DNA of 39,094 nt, from assembly GCA_046754465.1 (NCBI GenBank), contig JBHHVU010000028.1, forward strand, positions 1-39,094. The letters are read 5' to 3'. Below are positions 1-10,611 of this stretch, piece by piece (the first letter of the stretch is position 1; every line of letters starts with the position of its first letter). This DNA is from Nitrospinaceae bacterium. Lineage in GTDB: Bacteria; Nitrospinota; Nitrospinia; Nitrospinales; VA-1. The notes beneath the pieces are model-generated. The model was not told the origin of the DNA. It worked only from the letters and a program-made list of their open reading frames with translations, and did not search any database. The position numbers and the translations under genes were made by a program.

Positions 1-107
1 CCGCGGAGAAAAGAGACAGACCTTAAAGTTTCTCTCTCCCCTGCCGGGGGAAAGAAAATTTTTGCAGATTGGCGGGCGGTTCTTCCGGGGATGCCCATCG
101 CAGCCCC

Positions 108-1994
108 CTATTCAGGCAAGATCCCTGCATTAATTTTTTCAGCAAAAAATACCGTGGTGTCGGGGTTCACTCGGGTTTCGGGATACATCTTCCGATGTTG
201 AAGGAAGAAGGGCATATCCTTGACCGGGTCATGGTAAATACAATCCAGCGAATGCTCCGCCAATTTTCCCAGCATGGATTTCGGTCCCACAAGAAATAAC
301 AATCCGGGGGAAATCAAAATCCGCGTCACGGATTTTAAAATATGTTCGCAAACCGCTTCATCCTGATAGTCCTTGAAGGGGATCCATCGGAAGACCATCC
401 CGAATTTTTCATCGTAAGCGGACCGAATGTTTTCAATTTCCGGGAGAAAATTCACTTCCCGCAACACCTCCAATTGATCCCGTGCCACCGCGAAATCCCA
501 TAAAAGCTGCGCGTTTTTCTGCGCAAACTCCGGATCGTTGAACAATACCTTGTACGCTCTTTCGTGAGTGCAATCGATGAGGCCGGAAATCACCGTATCG
601 AAGTTATGAATAAGAACGCGGTCCACCCTTTCCAGCCGGGCCCGCAGGTCATTATCCATTTCCATATAAAATAAAATTTGGTCGACCACCATGGGTTGCA
701 GAGAGGATTCCTCGATCTCCGACGGCCCTTCCGGATAGAACGGGAGAGTCATTATGGCTTTCACGGGATCTACCTTTGGAGGACATCCGTTAAAGAACTT
801 TTTCCAACTGAAGGGGTAAGCGAGGGGTTCCCTTTGGGGGGCCGGGTCGGGGGAAATTTGCCAAAGGGGGTGGAGGGGTATTTGGCGGACAACATCATCG
901 CCCTCCATGAGGAGGATAGAACCGTTTTCCACCCGCACCTGTCTTTGGCAGGATGCCTTTCCCCCACGGGAGCAATTGATAAAAGGCAGCGCCATTGGGT
1001 CATTCAGGAGAGTCACCTTATACAAAAAATGATTTTGCACCGTCAAACAGGCCGAGTGGGTGTCCGTGAAATAACGCCAGGGAGGGTCCGGCCGGAGGTC
1101 CCAGGCGATCCGGTAAGCCCGGTGATAGTCCATGAACACCTCCAGGAGTTCTTCCCCTTCAGGGGCGGTGGGGGAAAAATACGCGGAAAATATTTCGAAC
1201 GCTTTCACCGAGGGGTAAACCGGCAGGCCTCGGAACCGCAGAGGTTCCAACGGCTTGTCGCGCGACTGATCCTCGAACAATCCCCAAAAAAGCTCAAATG
1301 CGGCGCCGCCCGCGCCCGGGGGAGCGGACTGATACAGCTCCACCACCGGAAGGATATCGAGCGCCGTCCATTCCAGCCTGGGCATGTAACTGATGAATAC
1401 CGTCCGTTCGAAAGTACCGTCCAACAAAACGTAAAGTCCGTCCTTCTTGAGATTGATATCGTATTCCGCCATTCCCAGGGGGACAAAATTCTCATCCTTG
1501 TAAAAATATTTTATTTCGGCAAAAGGGATGCCCCAGGCCTCGGACGCTTCTCTTCTCAAGTCATCCAGGGTCCAGGTTTCCGCGCCGGGGTGATCTTTCA
1601 AATCCATAAAAATGGTGAATGTTTTCGCTTCCGGTGTGATGCCAAACCATTGCTGGCAGTCGAGCTGCATACGAACGTGAGCCAGCCGAGTCTTGCCCGA
1701 GGGTTTATCCCGGACCCATTCGCATTCGTGAAGCGGGTGGCCCTCCGGATCGGTAAAGAGAAACCGGCTTCCCGAGGAGTTATAAAACACGATGTGTCAG
1801 GTGGGATAAACCTTAATCCTGGTATTGGCCACATTCGGCTGGTCATTGAGAAACCAGAAAGTGCTTCCGTTAATTTTTTTTTTCTGGAGGCGGGCAAATT
1901 GATCCTGAAGTGCATGAATTTCACTTCGATTGGAGGGCAGCCGGACACTCCCGGGCCGGGTGAGCGCGGTAATAAGTCTTTCTTCTTCAGACAT
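108..1994 (-). pseudogene. Conserved hypothetical protein (~628 aa) interrupted by one in-frame TGA at 1797-1799 (pseudogene, sequencing error or readthrough)
   Basis: ORFs 1797..1994 and 108..1790 are in the same frame: ...GTT TAT CCC ACC TGA CAC ATC GTG TTT TAT... (VYPT*HIVFY). ATG 1994 has an AAAGGTG RBS; GTG 1790 has none. Confidence 0.75.
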
Positions 1995-2218
1995 GGGAAC
2001 ACCTTTATGGGAAAACTGATTGGGAAGAAAATTCTAAACTCCTATTTACCGGAGTTTATTGCACGTTAATGTGAACCTTAGGTTCCCCATTCGCCAAAAA
2101 TTTCTTTTCCGTTCAAATCCCTCCATCCAACTTCCATTGCCATTCAATCGCTCAAGTGGGCCTATTTTCCTTTCCCCTTGCCTTCGTTACCTCCAAACCG
2201 GGCCACCTCTTAACCGGG

Positions 2219-3160
2219 CTAATTTTCGCCGGTCATCTTCTTTTCCAGATGCACCCTGAAACTCGAGAAAGTGGATTGAATAGGGGGAATGAGCTTTTCT
2301 TTAAGTTCCTCCGGAACCCAATTGATCTTTTCCTCCGGCCAATCTTCAAAGTGATGGATATCCAGACCCTCCCGGCTGTAAGGTTCTTCCAGGGCCTCTT
2401 CGAATCCGTATACCAGGGCTCCGGAATAGGCTTCGTAAAACAGGTCATGGATGATATCGGAATCATGCAGTCCAACCTTGAAATGCCCGAGCAATTTTTT
2501 GATAAAAGGTTCCGCGTGTTCCAGGAAATCCGGATTCAGCGCGGCGCGCAAAGAGTAAAAGATAATGATGATATCCTGTAAAACAAACCTAAGCTCATCT
2601 TTTTGCTTATCGATGGGCCGCCGGTTGAGATCGAGGTGTTCCTTGATTTGCTTTATATTGCGGAGGGTGTCATAAATGAGAGATTCCTCCCACGCCGCCC
2701 GGTTCCAGACAAAAAAAGCGCGGAGAAACTTCACTTCCGTATTGCGTTCCCACATTTGCAGGGTGGTGGTGGGCCGGATTTTATTGGTATAGGGAACCGG
2801 GTCCCCCCACATGGGATTTTCAAAGACAAGGCCATAATATTGAAACGTGTATTGGCAGGTCCGATAATACACTTTCACCAAACGGTCAAAATTTTTCGCC
2901 TCATCCAAAGGACTGTTTTGCGGCAAATTGACGATGCTGTAAAAGCGAATGACTCTTGAGATGACCGTTCCTTCCTCATCCGCTACCAGATAGGCTCCGC
3001 CCCACAACCCGGAACTGATGGGAATATCAACCTTAAATTCTTCGCTCACCCGCTCAGAAACAAGGCCGGCGATGTACCTGAAAATTTCATGAAGACAGTA
3101 AAGGTTCACCCTGCCGTCAAAATAGAGCCGTTCCGGGAGTTGTGTCGTGGGAGCCATCAT
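2219..3160 (-). CDS. Hypothetical soluble protein (~313 aa; start probably MMAPTTQ at 3160)
   Basis: Long ORF with protein-like composition, co-oriented with its neighbours; no recognisable motif. The start position is a judgement. Confidence 0.75.
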   Translation of the reverse strand: MMAPTTQLPERLYFDGRVNLYCLHEIFRYIAGLVSERVSEEFKVDIPISSGLWGGAYLVADEEGTVISRVIRFYSIVNLPQNSPLDEAKNFDRLVKVYYRTCQYTFQYYGLVFENPMWGDPVPYTNKIRPTTTLQMWERNTEVKFLRAFFVWNRAAWEESLIYDTLRNIKQIKEHLDLNRRPIDKQKDELRFVLQDIIIIFYSLRAALNPDFLEHAEPFIKKLLGHFKVGLHDSDIIHDLFYEAYSGALVYGFEEALEEPYSREGLDIHHFEDWPEEKINWVPEELKEKLIPPIQSTFSSFRVHLEKKMTGEN

Positions 3161-3294
3161 ATTTATGAAGATATGCCGGGCCGGGAGATTATTCCGTCCC
3201 ATAACCCGGGCCGGACATAAATTCACCTATTGCTGTTTATATGGAAGGTTTCGGGAAGAAATTGGGAAGACGGGAATGTTATGCGGTGAAACCT

Positions 3295-6200
3295 TCACTC
3301 GGCGGGGGCGCCGGAGGGAGTTCCAAGATCGGGAGGGGATTTCTGCAGGGATTCTTTCACCAGGTCCTCCCGCCGAGTGTGCAGTCCGAGGTCCATCAGC
3401 AGGGAGACCAGGACGGGGACTAGAAACAGGGTGAAAATGGTGGAAACGCTCAACCCGCCGATGAGGGCGGTGCCCATGCCGCGGTACAGTTCGGTGCCGG
3501 CGCCCTCGCCAAACGCCAGGGGAAACATGCCAAACACGCTGGAGATGACGGTCATCATGATGGGCCGCAGCCGGGTCTTGCACGAGGTTTCGAGGGCCTC
3601 GCGCTCGTCCATTCCCGCGCGGATGTTGTTGAGCATCTGGTGAACGATGAGGATGGCGTTATTGACCACGATGCCGGCGAGGATAATGACGCCCAATTGG
3701 GTCAGGATATCGAAGGTGATCCAGTTCCAACCGGCGGCCATCGTCTCGGCGTTGGGGACGTTCCATTCCTTGAGGATGGCAAGGATATTGCCTCTTTGCA
3801 TGATGTTGTTGCCGACGATGCCGAGAAAAGAGCCCGAAATAGCGAATGTAACGGTAAGCATGACGATGAGCGGACGCGTGAATGAGGAGAACAGCGCCAC
3901 CAGAAGGAGATAAATGAATCCCACGGCATACACGAAACTGTTCATCAGGGATTTCTGGGTCGAGGCCAGTTCATCGGCCGACCCGCCAACGCGAAGCCCG
4001 AATTCCTCGTTGAGGGTCTGGCGGATTGGCGCCAAGGCCTGGTTTTCGACGGCCTGGATGACGGCATCCATGGGTTCGTCTTTTTTCACCTGGACGAGCA
4101 GGTTGATGGCCCTCTTTTTCTCGATATGATCGATGCGGGCCGGCCCGGCGTTGATCTCGATATCGGCCAGGTGGCCCAGGTGGGTCATGATATTTTCATT
4201 CGTCCAAATTGGCAGACTCTGGTAATCCTGCAAATCGAGCTTTCTCCGATTTTTATTCTGGACCAATACAAAATCGATGGGTTCGCCCCGGTCGTTGAAT
4301 TCCCCGAGGTATTTACCGGCGTTGAGCGATTCGATAATGTCCCCAATTTCCTCCATTCCCAGATTGAGCCGGGCGGCCTGCTCCCTTCTTGGAATGAAGC
4401 GCAGTTCCGGGTTGCCGAACTTGAATTGCGGCCGGACGGAATGGACCCCGGGAATGCCTGAAATCGATCCGATCAATTCCTGGCCGATGCTTTTCAAGCG
4501 GAACATGTCGGGTCCGGTGATCTCCACCTGGAAGGTTTTATCAGCGGACCGGAAAATGGGCCGCTGCACCGCGAAGGCGAAACGGTAGCCGGGGATCGTG
4601 AATATCTGCCGCCCCATCTCATTTGCTTTGAGGGCCATTTTGACTTCTCCCCGCTGGCCTGAGGCCAATTCGGGTTTGATGATGGCGCCGCCCCCGTTAA
4701 ACCCGTTGGAAAAAACCAGGAAATTGCGCGACACGTCTTTCATCCCGGTGAGCTTCTTTTCATAGGGGGCGAAATATTCCATGTTTTTTTGCGCCGGAAC
4801 CCCCGCCACGGGTTCCATCATCATGAACACCATATTGCTGTTGCCGTAGGGGAGGTAATCCTGTTCCGGAAGAATGATGGTGCTCCACCAGAGGAGTCCC
4901 ACCACCCCCAGGACCACGGCCACCTTGCTGGCCACGGCGCCCCTTGAGGTTGACAGCAAGCGCTTCATCAATTTCGCATAGGCCCCGGCCACCCCCTGGC
5001 CAAGGAGGACGACGGGTTTCAAGACGCGCCGGTGCAAGACCCCTTTCCGATAAACCTCGCCGGGCCTGAGCCGAATCAGCAGGGTGGTCAGGGTGGGAAT
5101 GACGGTGATGGAGACGAGGAGGGACATGGCGATGCTGGCGCTGATGGTGATGGCGATGTCGCGGAACATCTGGCCCGCTTCTTCCTGGATGAACACGATG
5201 GGCACGAACACCGCCAGCGTGGTCAAGGTGGAGGCGAGGACCGCCCCCCACACTTCCGCGGCCCCGTCGTAGGCGGCCTTCAACACACCTTTTTTCAGGG
5301 TGAGGTGGCGGTATATATTTTCCAGCACCACGATGGAGTTGTCCACGACCATGCCGACCGCGAAGGCCATACCCGCGAGGGAAATGATATTGATGCTGCG
5401 TCCCAAAAGTTTAAGAATGATGAAAACCGAAACCAGGCTCACGGGAATGCTGATGGCGACGATCAGAACCGAGCGCACCGACCCCAGAAACAAAAGGAGG
5501 ACGGCCACGGCCAGGAGGGCCCCGAGGCCCAGGTTGGACTTGACCAGCCGCATCGCCTCGTCGATGTAGTCCACATCCTTGTAGACGATGCTCAGTTGCA
5601 GGGGGATGCCCCGATTGATCATTTCCCGGTTCAGTCCCTCCACCGTCCGCGCCGCCATGTTGCAGGTTTCCACCACGTTCGCGCCGGCCTTTCGGATGAC
5701 GCCAAAAGCATTCGTCAAATTGCCGTTGACATGCACCAGGGACGTCGTTCGTTTGTAGCCGTCGACCACCGTGGCGAAATCTTTTACAGTGATCGTCCGG
5801 TTCCCATCGCGTTTGATGACGGTGTGGAGGATATCCTCCGGGCCGGTGAATTCTCCCAGCGCCCGCACCGTGTACTCCCGCGAGGTTTCATCATGAAACC
5901 CGGCGCGGGTATTCTGGTTTTCCAGGGACAACCTTCGGATGACATCCTCGTAAGTGAGGTGCAACCGGGACAAGCTGTAAGGATCGAACTCGACCCGCAT
6001 TTCGCGTTCTTCTCCGCCAAAATGCCAGACATCGGCCACTCCCTTGACGCGAAGCAGCCGGGGGATGATGATGTCCTCCCCGATTTTATACATGTAGTTC
6101 TGGTTGAGGTCGGGCATCCTCGGGCTCGGTTTCTCGAAGATGATCCACATGATGGGATTGGAATTGTCGTTGGAGATGGACTTCAGGGTCGGCTTGTCGG

Positions 6201-6564
6201 AGAGAATCGGTAAATCCTTCACCTGCTGGAGTTTGTTGTTCACATCGATGGTGGCGATGTTTTTATCGATTCCCCATTCGAATTCCAGGTTGATGACGCT
6301 CAATCCGTGCTGGCTGCGGGAAGTCATTTTTTTGAGTCCCTCGACCGACTCGAGCTGTTCCTCCAGGCGCCGCGTGATGTTCCGTTCCACCTCGTTGGGG
6401 GAAAGCCCCCGGTATTCGGTCCGGACTTCTATGACGGGTTTGTCGACGGTGGGGGTGAGCTGCCGGGGAAGCACGTTAAAACAAATAATTCCCACCACAG
6501 TGACCAGGACGACCACCGCGACCACGGTATGGTAGTTGCGAATGGAATGGTCGATGAGTTTCAT
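3295..6564 (-). CDS. RND efflux transporter permease (AcrB/AcrD/AcrF family)
   Basis: 1089 aa; N-terminal TM, two large periplasmic loops, GMVVDNSIVVLENI (TM4), GIVVNNAIL, RLRPIMMT; overlaps the MFP stop (TGATG). Confidence 0.95.
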   Translation of the reverse strand: MKLIDHSIRNYHTVVAVVVLVTVVGIICFNVLPRQLTPTVDKPVIEVRTEYRGLSPNEVERNITRRLEEQLESVEGLKKMTSRSQHGLSVINLEFEWGIDKNIATIDVNNKLQQVKDLPILSDKPTLKSISNDNSNPIMWIIFEKPSPRMPDLNQNYMYKIGEDIIIPRLLRVKGVADVWHFGGEEREMRVEFDPYSLSRLHLTYEDVIRRLSLENQNTRAGFHDETSREYTVRALGEFTGPEDILHTVIKRDGNRTITVKDFATVVDGYKRTTSLVHVNGNLTNAFGVIRKAGANVVETCNMAARTVEGLNREMINRGIPLQLSIVYKDVDYIDEAMRLVKSNLGLGALLAVAVLLLFLGSVRSVLIVAISIPVSLVSVFIILKLLGRSINIISLAGMAFAVGMVVDNSIVVLENIYRHLTLKKGVLKAAYDGAAEVWGAVLASTLTTLAVFVPIVFIQEEAGQMFRDIAITISASIAMSLLVSITVIPTLTTLLIRLRPGEVYRKGVLHRRVLKPVVLLGQGVAGAYAKLMKRLLSTSRGAVASKVAVVLGVVGLLWWSTIILPEQDYLPYGNSNMVFMMMEPVAGVPAQKNMEYFAPYEKKLTGMKDVSRNFLVFSNGFNGGGAIIKPELASGQRGEVKMALKANEMGRQIFTIPGYRFAFAVQRPIFRSADKTFQVEITGPDMFRLKSIGQELIGSISGIPGVHSVRPQFKFGNPELRFIPRREQAARLNLGMEEIGDIIESLNAGKYLGEFNDRGEPIDFVLVQNKNRRKLDLQDYQSLPIWTNENIMTHLGHLADIEINAGPARIDHIEKKRAINLLVQVKKDEPMDAVIQAVENQALAPIRQTLNEEFGLRVGGSADELASTQKSLMNSFVYAVGFIYLLLVALFSSFTRPLIVMLTVTFAISGSFLGIVGNNIMQRGNILAILKEWNVPNAETMAAGWNWITFDILTQLGVIILAGIVVNNAILIVHQMLNNIRAGMDEREALETSCKTRLRPIMMTVISSVFGMFPLAFGEGAGTELYRGMGTALIGGLSVSTIFTLFLVPVLVSLLMDLGLHTRREDLVKESLQKSPPDLGTPSGAPAE

Positions 6565-7907
6565 CAGGTTTCAGGCGGGTTGGGGGGCTCCTTATTAACC
6601 TCCGCGTCCTTGGACGCGGCGCTGAACGGCGGTTTTGCCTCGGGCTGCGGGTTGGTCGGAAACACCTTGGCCCCAGGGAATACCGCTCCGGAACCCCGCA
6701 GAATCAAATCCGCGTCGGGACCGAGTTGATGGGTGAAATCCTCGACCTCCACATAATCGTTTTGTTCCTTGTAGGCTTTGACGGGAACCAGTTGCGCCAG
6801 GTCCTCCTTAACGATATACACCACCGTCCCTTTGTCGGTGATCACCAAGGAAATGGAGGGCACGTGCATCACCTGGTGGCGTGTGCCGAAATTCAACAGC
6901 GCTTCCAGGTTCAAACCGGGAAAGAGGGAAGGATCGGGGTCCGGAAGATCGATTTGCACCTTGATGTTTCCCGAATAAATGTTGGCATCGGGAATGACCC
7001 GGACCAGCCGGGCCACATTTTTCCCTTGTTTGAATCGCAGGTGAAGTTCGCGCACGAAGAATTCGGCCCCCTCCATTTTTTCCAGCTTGTCCCGGTAGCT
7101 TTGCGGCACCTCGAGGACCGCTTTCAAGCGGGAAGAACCAATCATCTTCACGATGGGAGTTCCGGGGTCGGCGAACGCCCCGCGCTCGATTTCCTTGGAA
7201 ATGATCACCCCCGAGAAGGGCGCGCGGATTTCCGACCTGGAAAGATTGAGGTTCGCCATGGCGATCCGCTTCAGGGTCTCTTCCACTTTGAGTTTTTTCT
7301 GGACAATGTCTTCCTTGCGGGAGCGATGTCCCGCCGCCAGCCCGGCCTTGGCCGCCTTCAGGGATTCACGGGCCTGCAGAGCGCGGTCGACCGCGTCGTC
7401 CAAATCCGATTGGGACACAAACCCATCCACCACCAGTTTTTCGAGGCGGCTCTTCTCCTTAATCGCCAGGCGCAGGGAACTTTCAGCGGCCCGAACCGTG
7501 GCCTCCAGTTTTTCCTTTTCCTCCGGACGCAGCCCGGCCAGGGATTTTTCATATTCCTTCTCCGCCACCGCCAGGTTCGTCTTCAACCTTTCCCATTCCA
7601 GCCGGTATTCCCTGGGATCGATCTGGGCGAGCAAATCGCCCGCCTTCACCTTCATCCCCTCCTCCACCGCGATCCCCACCACCTGGCCCTTGACTTCAGC
7701 GGTGATCACCACCCGTTGTTCCGCCTGAATATTTCCCACGGTGCGGACCTGGTCCACCACATCCCTGAACACAACTTTGCCGATCTGAACCGGAAGGGCA
7801 AACTCCCGTTTTTTAGTTTCCCTGGACTGGTCCTCTTCTCCGCCGGAACATCCGGAAAAAATCGGTGCAAGGAGAAAAAAAATCAGAAGGAATGGCCGAA
7901 AATTCAT
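6564..7907 (-). CDS. RND membrane fusion (periplasmic adaptor) lipoprotein
   Basis: Start MNFRPFLLIFFLLAPIFSGC (lipobox); lipoyl half-motifs VEEGMKVKAGDLLAQID and IRAPFSGVI flank a long coiled coil. Confidence 0.92.
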   Translation of the reverse strand: MNFRPFLLIFFLLAPIFSGCSGGEEDQSRETKKREFALPVQIGKVVFRDVVDQVRTVGNIQAEQRVVITAEVKGQVVGIAVEEGMKVKAGDLLAQIDPREYRLEWERLKTNLAVAEKEYEKSLAGLRPEEKEKLEATVRAAESSLRLAIKEKSRLEKLVVDGFVSQSDLDDAVDRALQARESLKAAKAGLAAGHRSRKEDIVQKKLKVEETLKRIAMANLNLSRSEIRAPFSGVIISKEIERGAFADPGTPIVKMIGSSRLKAVLEVPQSYRDKLEKMEGAEFFVRELHLRFKQGKNVARLVRVIPDANIYSGNIKVQIDLPDPDPSLFPGLNLEALLNFGTRHQVMHVPSISLVITDKGTVVYIVKEDLAQLVPVKAYKEQNDYVEVEDFTHQLGPDADLILRGSGAVFPGAKVFPTNPQPEAKPPFSAASKDAEVNKEPPNPPET

Positions 7908-7921
7908 GAAAATCCGATATT

Positions 7922-7930
7922 TGGTATAAT
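7922..7930 (+). promoter_or_regulatory. Putative extended -10 promoter (TGgTATAAT) for the methyltransferase gene
   Basis: Perfect TGnTATAAT in the AT-rich divergent gap, ~84 nt upstream of ATG 8014. Confidence 0.5.
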
Positions 7931-8013
7931 CCACGGAACTGGAAAAAACTATAGTTAATATTATATTCATTATCCTACATAATTTCTCCTTTAACCGCAA
8001 ATACAAAAAGCAC

Positions 8014-8913
8014 ATGAGTTCATTATTAAATCCCCGTTTCCCTTGGGAAGATTTCGATTACCGCCTTCTGGATACGGGAAATTTCCAGAAACTGGAACGA
8101 TTTGGCCCCCATACCTTCATCCGGCCCGCTCCCCAGGCCATCTGGCCAAAATCCCTGGCTCCCAAGGAATGGAAAAAGGCCGAGGGGGAATACCGATATT
8201 TCAAGGGCCGCGAGACAGGGGGAGAATGGACGTTTTTTTCCACGCTTCCGGAAAACGGGTGGTCCATCCGCTTCAAGGATCTGACGTTTAACGTCAAACC
8301 CACCGGGTTCGGTCATATCGGCATGTTTCCGGAACAAGCCCCGAACTGGATCTGGATCGGGGAACAGGTTAAAAAAGGGGCGCAGCATGAGATCCATGTC
8401 CTCAACATATTCGGTTATACCGGGGCCAGCACACTGGCCGCCGCCGGGGCGGGCGCCCGCGTGACCCATGTCGACGCTTCCCGGGCTTCCGTCACCTGGG
8501 CGCGGAGAAATCTCGAACTCTCGGGCCTGGGAAAGCGCCCCGTTCGCTGGATCGTCGATGATGTCCCGAAATTCCTGAAACGGGAGCACAAGCGGGGAAA
8601 AAAATACGACGGCCTCATCATGGATCCCCCCACCTTCGGCAGGGGACCCAAGGGGGAGGTCTGGAAAATCGAAAACCACCTGGCGGAACTCATGTCCCTT
8701 TGCAAAAACATTCTCGGCGGCCGGCCGGCGTTCCTTCTGCTCACCACCCACTCGCCGGGATTTTCCGGTCTCACCCTGGAAAACATGCTGCGGACCTACC
8801 TGATTCCTTCCGGTTCCGGGCGGTTTGAAACCGGCGAAATGTCCATTTACGATACCGGCCGCGGACTGCACCTTCCCAATGGCTTTTACTCCCGTTGGGA
8901 AAGCGGGGCGTGA
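8014..8913 (+). CDS. Class I SAM-dependent methyltransferase (RlmI/RlmK-like, COG1092)
   Basis: VLNIFGYTGASTLAAA (motif I), HVDAS, DPPTF motifs. Confidence 0.85.
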   Translation: MSSLLNPRFPWEDFDYRLLDTGNFQKLERFGPHTFIRPAPQAIWPKSLAPKEWKKAEGEYRYFKGRETGGEWTFFSTLPENGWSIRFKDLTFNVKPTGFGHIGMFPEQAPNWIWIGEQVKKGAQHEIHVLNIFGYTGASTLAAAGAGARVTHVDASRASVTWARRNLELSGLGKRPVRWIVDDVPKFLKREHKRGKKYDGLIMDPPTFGRGPKGEVWKIENHLAELMSLCKNILGGRPAFLLLTTHSPGFSGLTLENMLRTYLIPSGSGRFETGEMSIYDTGRGLHLPNGFYSRWESGA

Positions 8914-9024
8914 TGGCGTGGAAGTTTTTTCCGGCATTTCCCGGCGGGAAAACCTTGTAACGTGACCGGGAAATCCGGTTATAATACGGGGTCGGCCCCT
9001 CCTATTAATTTCCGTGAGCCCGCC

Positions 9025-10560
9025 ATGGCCCGTGAGTTTTATAATTATCTGAAGACCCACGCCCGGGAAAAACCGGGTCATCCGGCGGTCATCGATCAAG
9101 ACCAGCCCCTGACCTACCAGCAACTCGTGGACCGGGTGGAGCGATTCGCGGGGGCGCTTTCGGGATGGGACCTGGGTCCGGAAAGCAAGCTGGGTCTGTT
9201 TTGCCTGAACCAGAAGGAGTACCTCATCGCCTATTTGGGCGCCCTTCTTAAAGGCGTGCCCGTGGTCCCCTTCAATTTCCTCTTGGGACCGGAAGACCTC
9301 GTTTTCATCGCGAAAAATGCGGGAATCGATTCAATGTTGGTGGACCCCGTGTTCCTCAAACCGGAAACGGTTCCTTTTTTCCGGGGGTTCAAGAACCGGT
9401 TGCTTGTCGACCCCGCGAACGGGTCTGAATTGGGCCCGGGCGCCCTGGGTTTTGACGAATTCCTGCGCCGGGGCGATCCCCGGCAGGGAATGATTCCACA
9501 TGAAAGGAACCCCTCGATCCCCGACGTGATCCTCTACACCTCGGGAACCACCGCCCGGCCCAAGGGGGTCATGCTAGACGAAAAACAGTTCGATATCAAT
9601 TGCGATGGAATTCTAGCCCATTTGGACCTAAATGGAAACGACCGGGCGATCGTGGCGCTGCCCCTGTTTCATTCGTTTGGGAACATCATGGCGCTGATCC
9701 TTTTGCGGGTGGGGGGAACGCTCATCCTCCTCCGGCAATTCGCTCCCAAAACCATTCTTTCCTCCGTCGCCCGGCACCGGGCCACGGCCCTGCCCCTGGT
9801 TCCCACCATCTACACCTTTCTCATCGAGATTTTCGCGCGCGGGGGATACGATGTTTCCACACTCCGGTGCTGCATATCGGGAGGGGCCTCCCTGCCGCAA
9901 TCACTTTTGAAAAGGGTGGAGGAAACCTTGGACGTCACCGTCATCGAGGGATATGGCCTGACCGAGACTTCCCCCGTCATCTCCGTCAATCGGACGGCGG
10001 TGGGCAGCGTCCCCGGTTCGGTCGGGCCCGTGCTCCCGAACGTGGAGGTGAAAATCGTCGGCGAACAGGGTGACCCGCTTCCGCCCGGCCAGGTCGGGGA
10101 GATTTGGGTCAAAGGGGAAACGGTGATGCGCGGCTATTGGAAAAATCCGGAGGAAACCCGAAAAATCCTGGCTCCCGGCGGATGGTTGAAAACGGGGGAT
10201 TTGGGTCACATGGACGAGAAGAACCGACTCTACATTTCAGCCGGACGCAAAAAAGACCTGATCATCCGCGCCGGAGAAAACGTTTCACCCCTGACGGTGG
10301 AAAATACCCTGATGAACCATCCCGCGGTGGCCGAGGTGGCGGCGGTGGGGGTCCCCGATGCACGGTTGGGGGAAAAGGTTCTAGTTTGCGTGGTCCTTCG
10401 GGAAGGCGCCCGGGTGAAGGATCACGAACTGAGAGAGTTCTGCCGCGGGAACGTGCCCGCCTTCATGCTGCCGGATCGAATCCATTTTCTCGAATCCCTG
10501 CCTAAAAACGCCGCGGGCAAGATCCTGAAAAAACAATTGCGCGACCTGGCTGGAATTTAA
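9025..10560 (+). CDS. Long-chain fatty acid/acyl-CoA ligase (AMP-binding enzyme)
   Basis: YTSGTTARPKG, GYGLTE, TGD, LPKNAAGKILK. Start moved to ATG 9025 because a TATAAT lies at 8980-8985. Confidence 0.92.
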   Translation: MAREFYNYLKTHAREKPGHPAVIDQDQPLTYQQLVDRVERFAGALSGWDLGPESKLGLFCLNQKEYLIAYLGALLKGVPVVPFNFLLGPEDLVFIAKNAGIDSMLVDPVFLKPETVPFFRGFKNRLLVDPANGSELGPGALGFDEFLRRGDPRQGMIPHERNPSIPDVILYTSGTTARPKGVMLDEKQFDINCDGILAHLDLNGNDRAIVALPLFHSFGNIMALILLRVGGTLILLRQFAPKTILSSVARHRATALPLVPTIYTFLIEIFARGGYDVSTLRCCISGGASLPQSLLKRVEETLDVTVIEGYGLTETSPVISVNRTAVGSVPGSVGPVLPNVEVKIVGEQGDPLPPGQVGEIWVKGETVMRGYWKNPEETRKILAPGGWLKTGDLGHMDEKNRLYISAGRKKDLIIRAGENVSPLTVENTLMNHPAVAEVAAVGVPDARLGEKVLVCVVLREGARVKDHELREFCRGNVPAFMLPDRIHFLESLPKNAAGKILKKQLRDLAGI

Positions 10561-10611
10561 GGGACCCCGCCTCCCGCGCCGACCCATGCGCTCCCCCCAG
10601 GGACCCGTCGG

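Noticed and set aside
31..57. Hairpin near the window start as another REP copy
   Set aside because: Only loosely similar to 30816-30878; equally explained as the terminator of the 108..1994 gene.
1797..1799. Alternative genetic code (TGA = Gly or Trp)
   Set aside because: Many genes in the window end in TGA, including ATGA overlaps.
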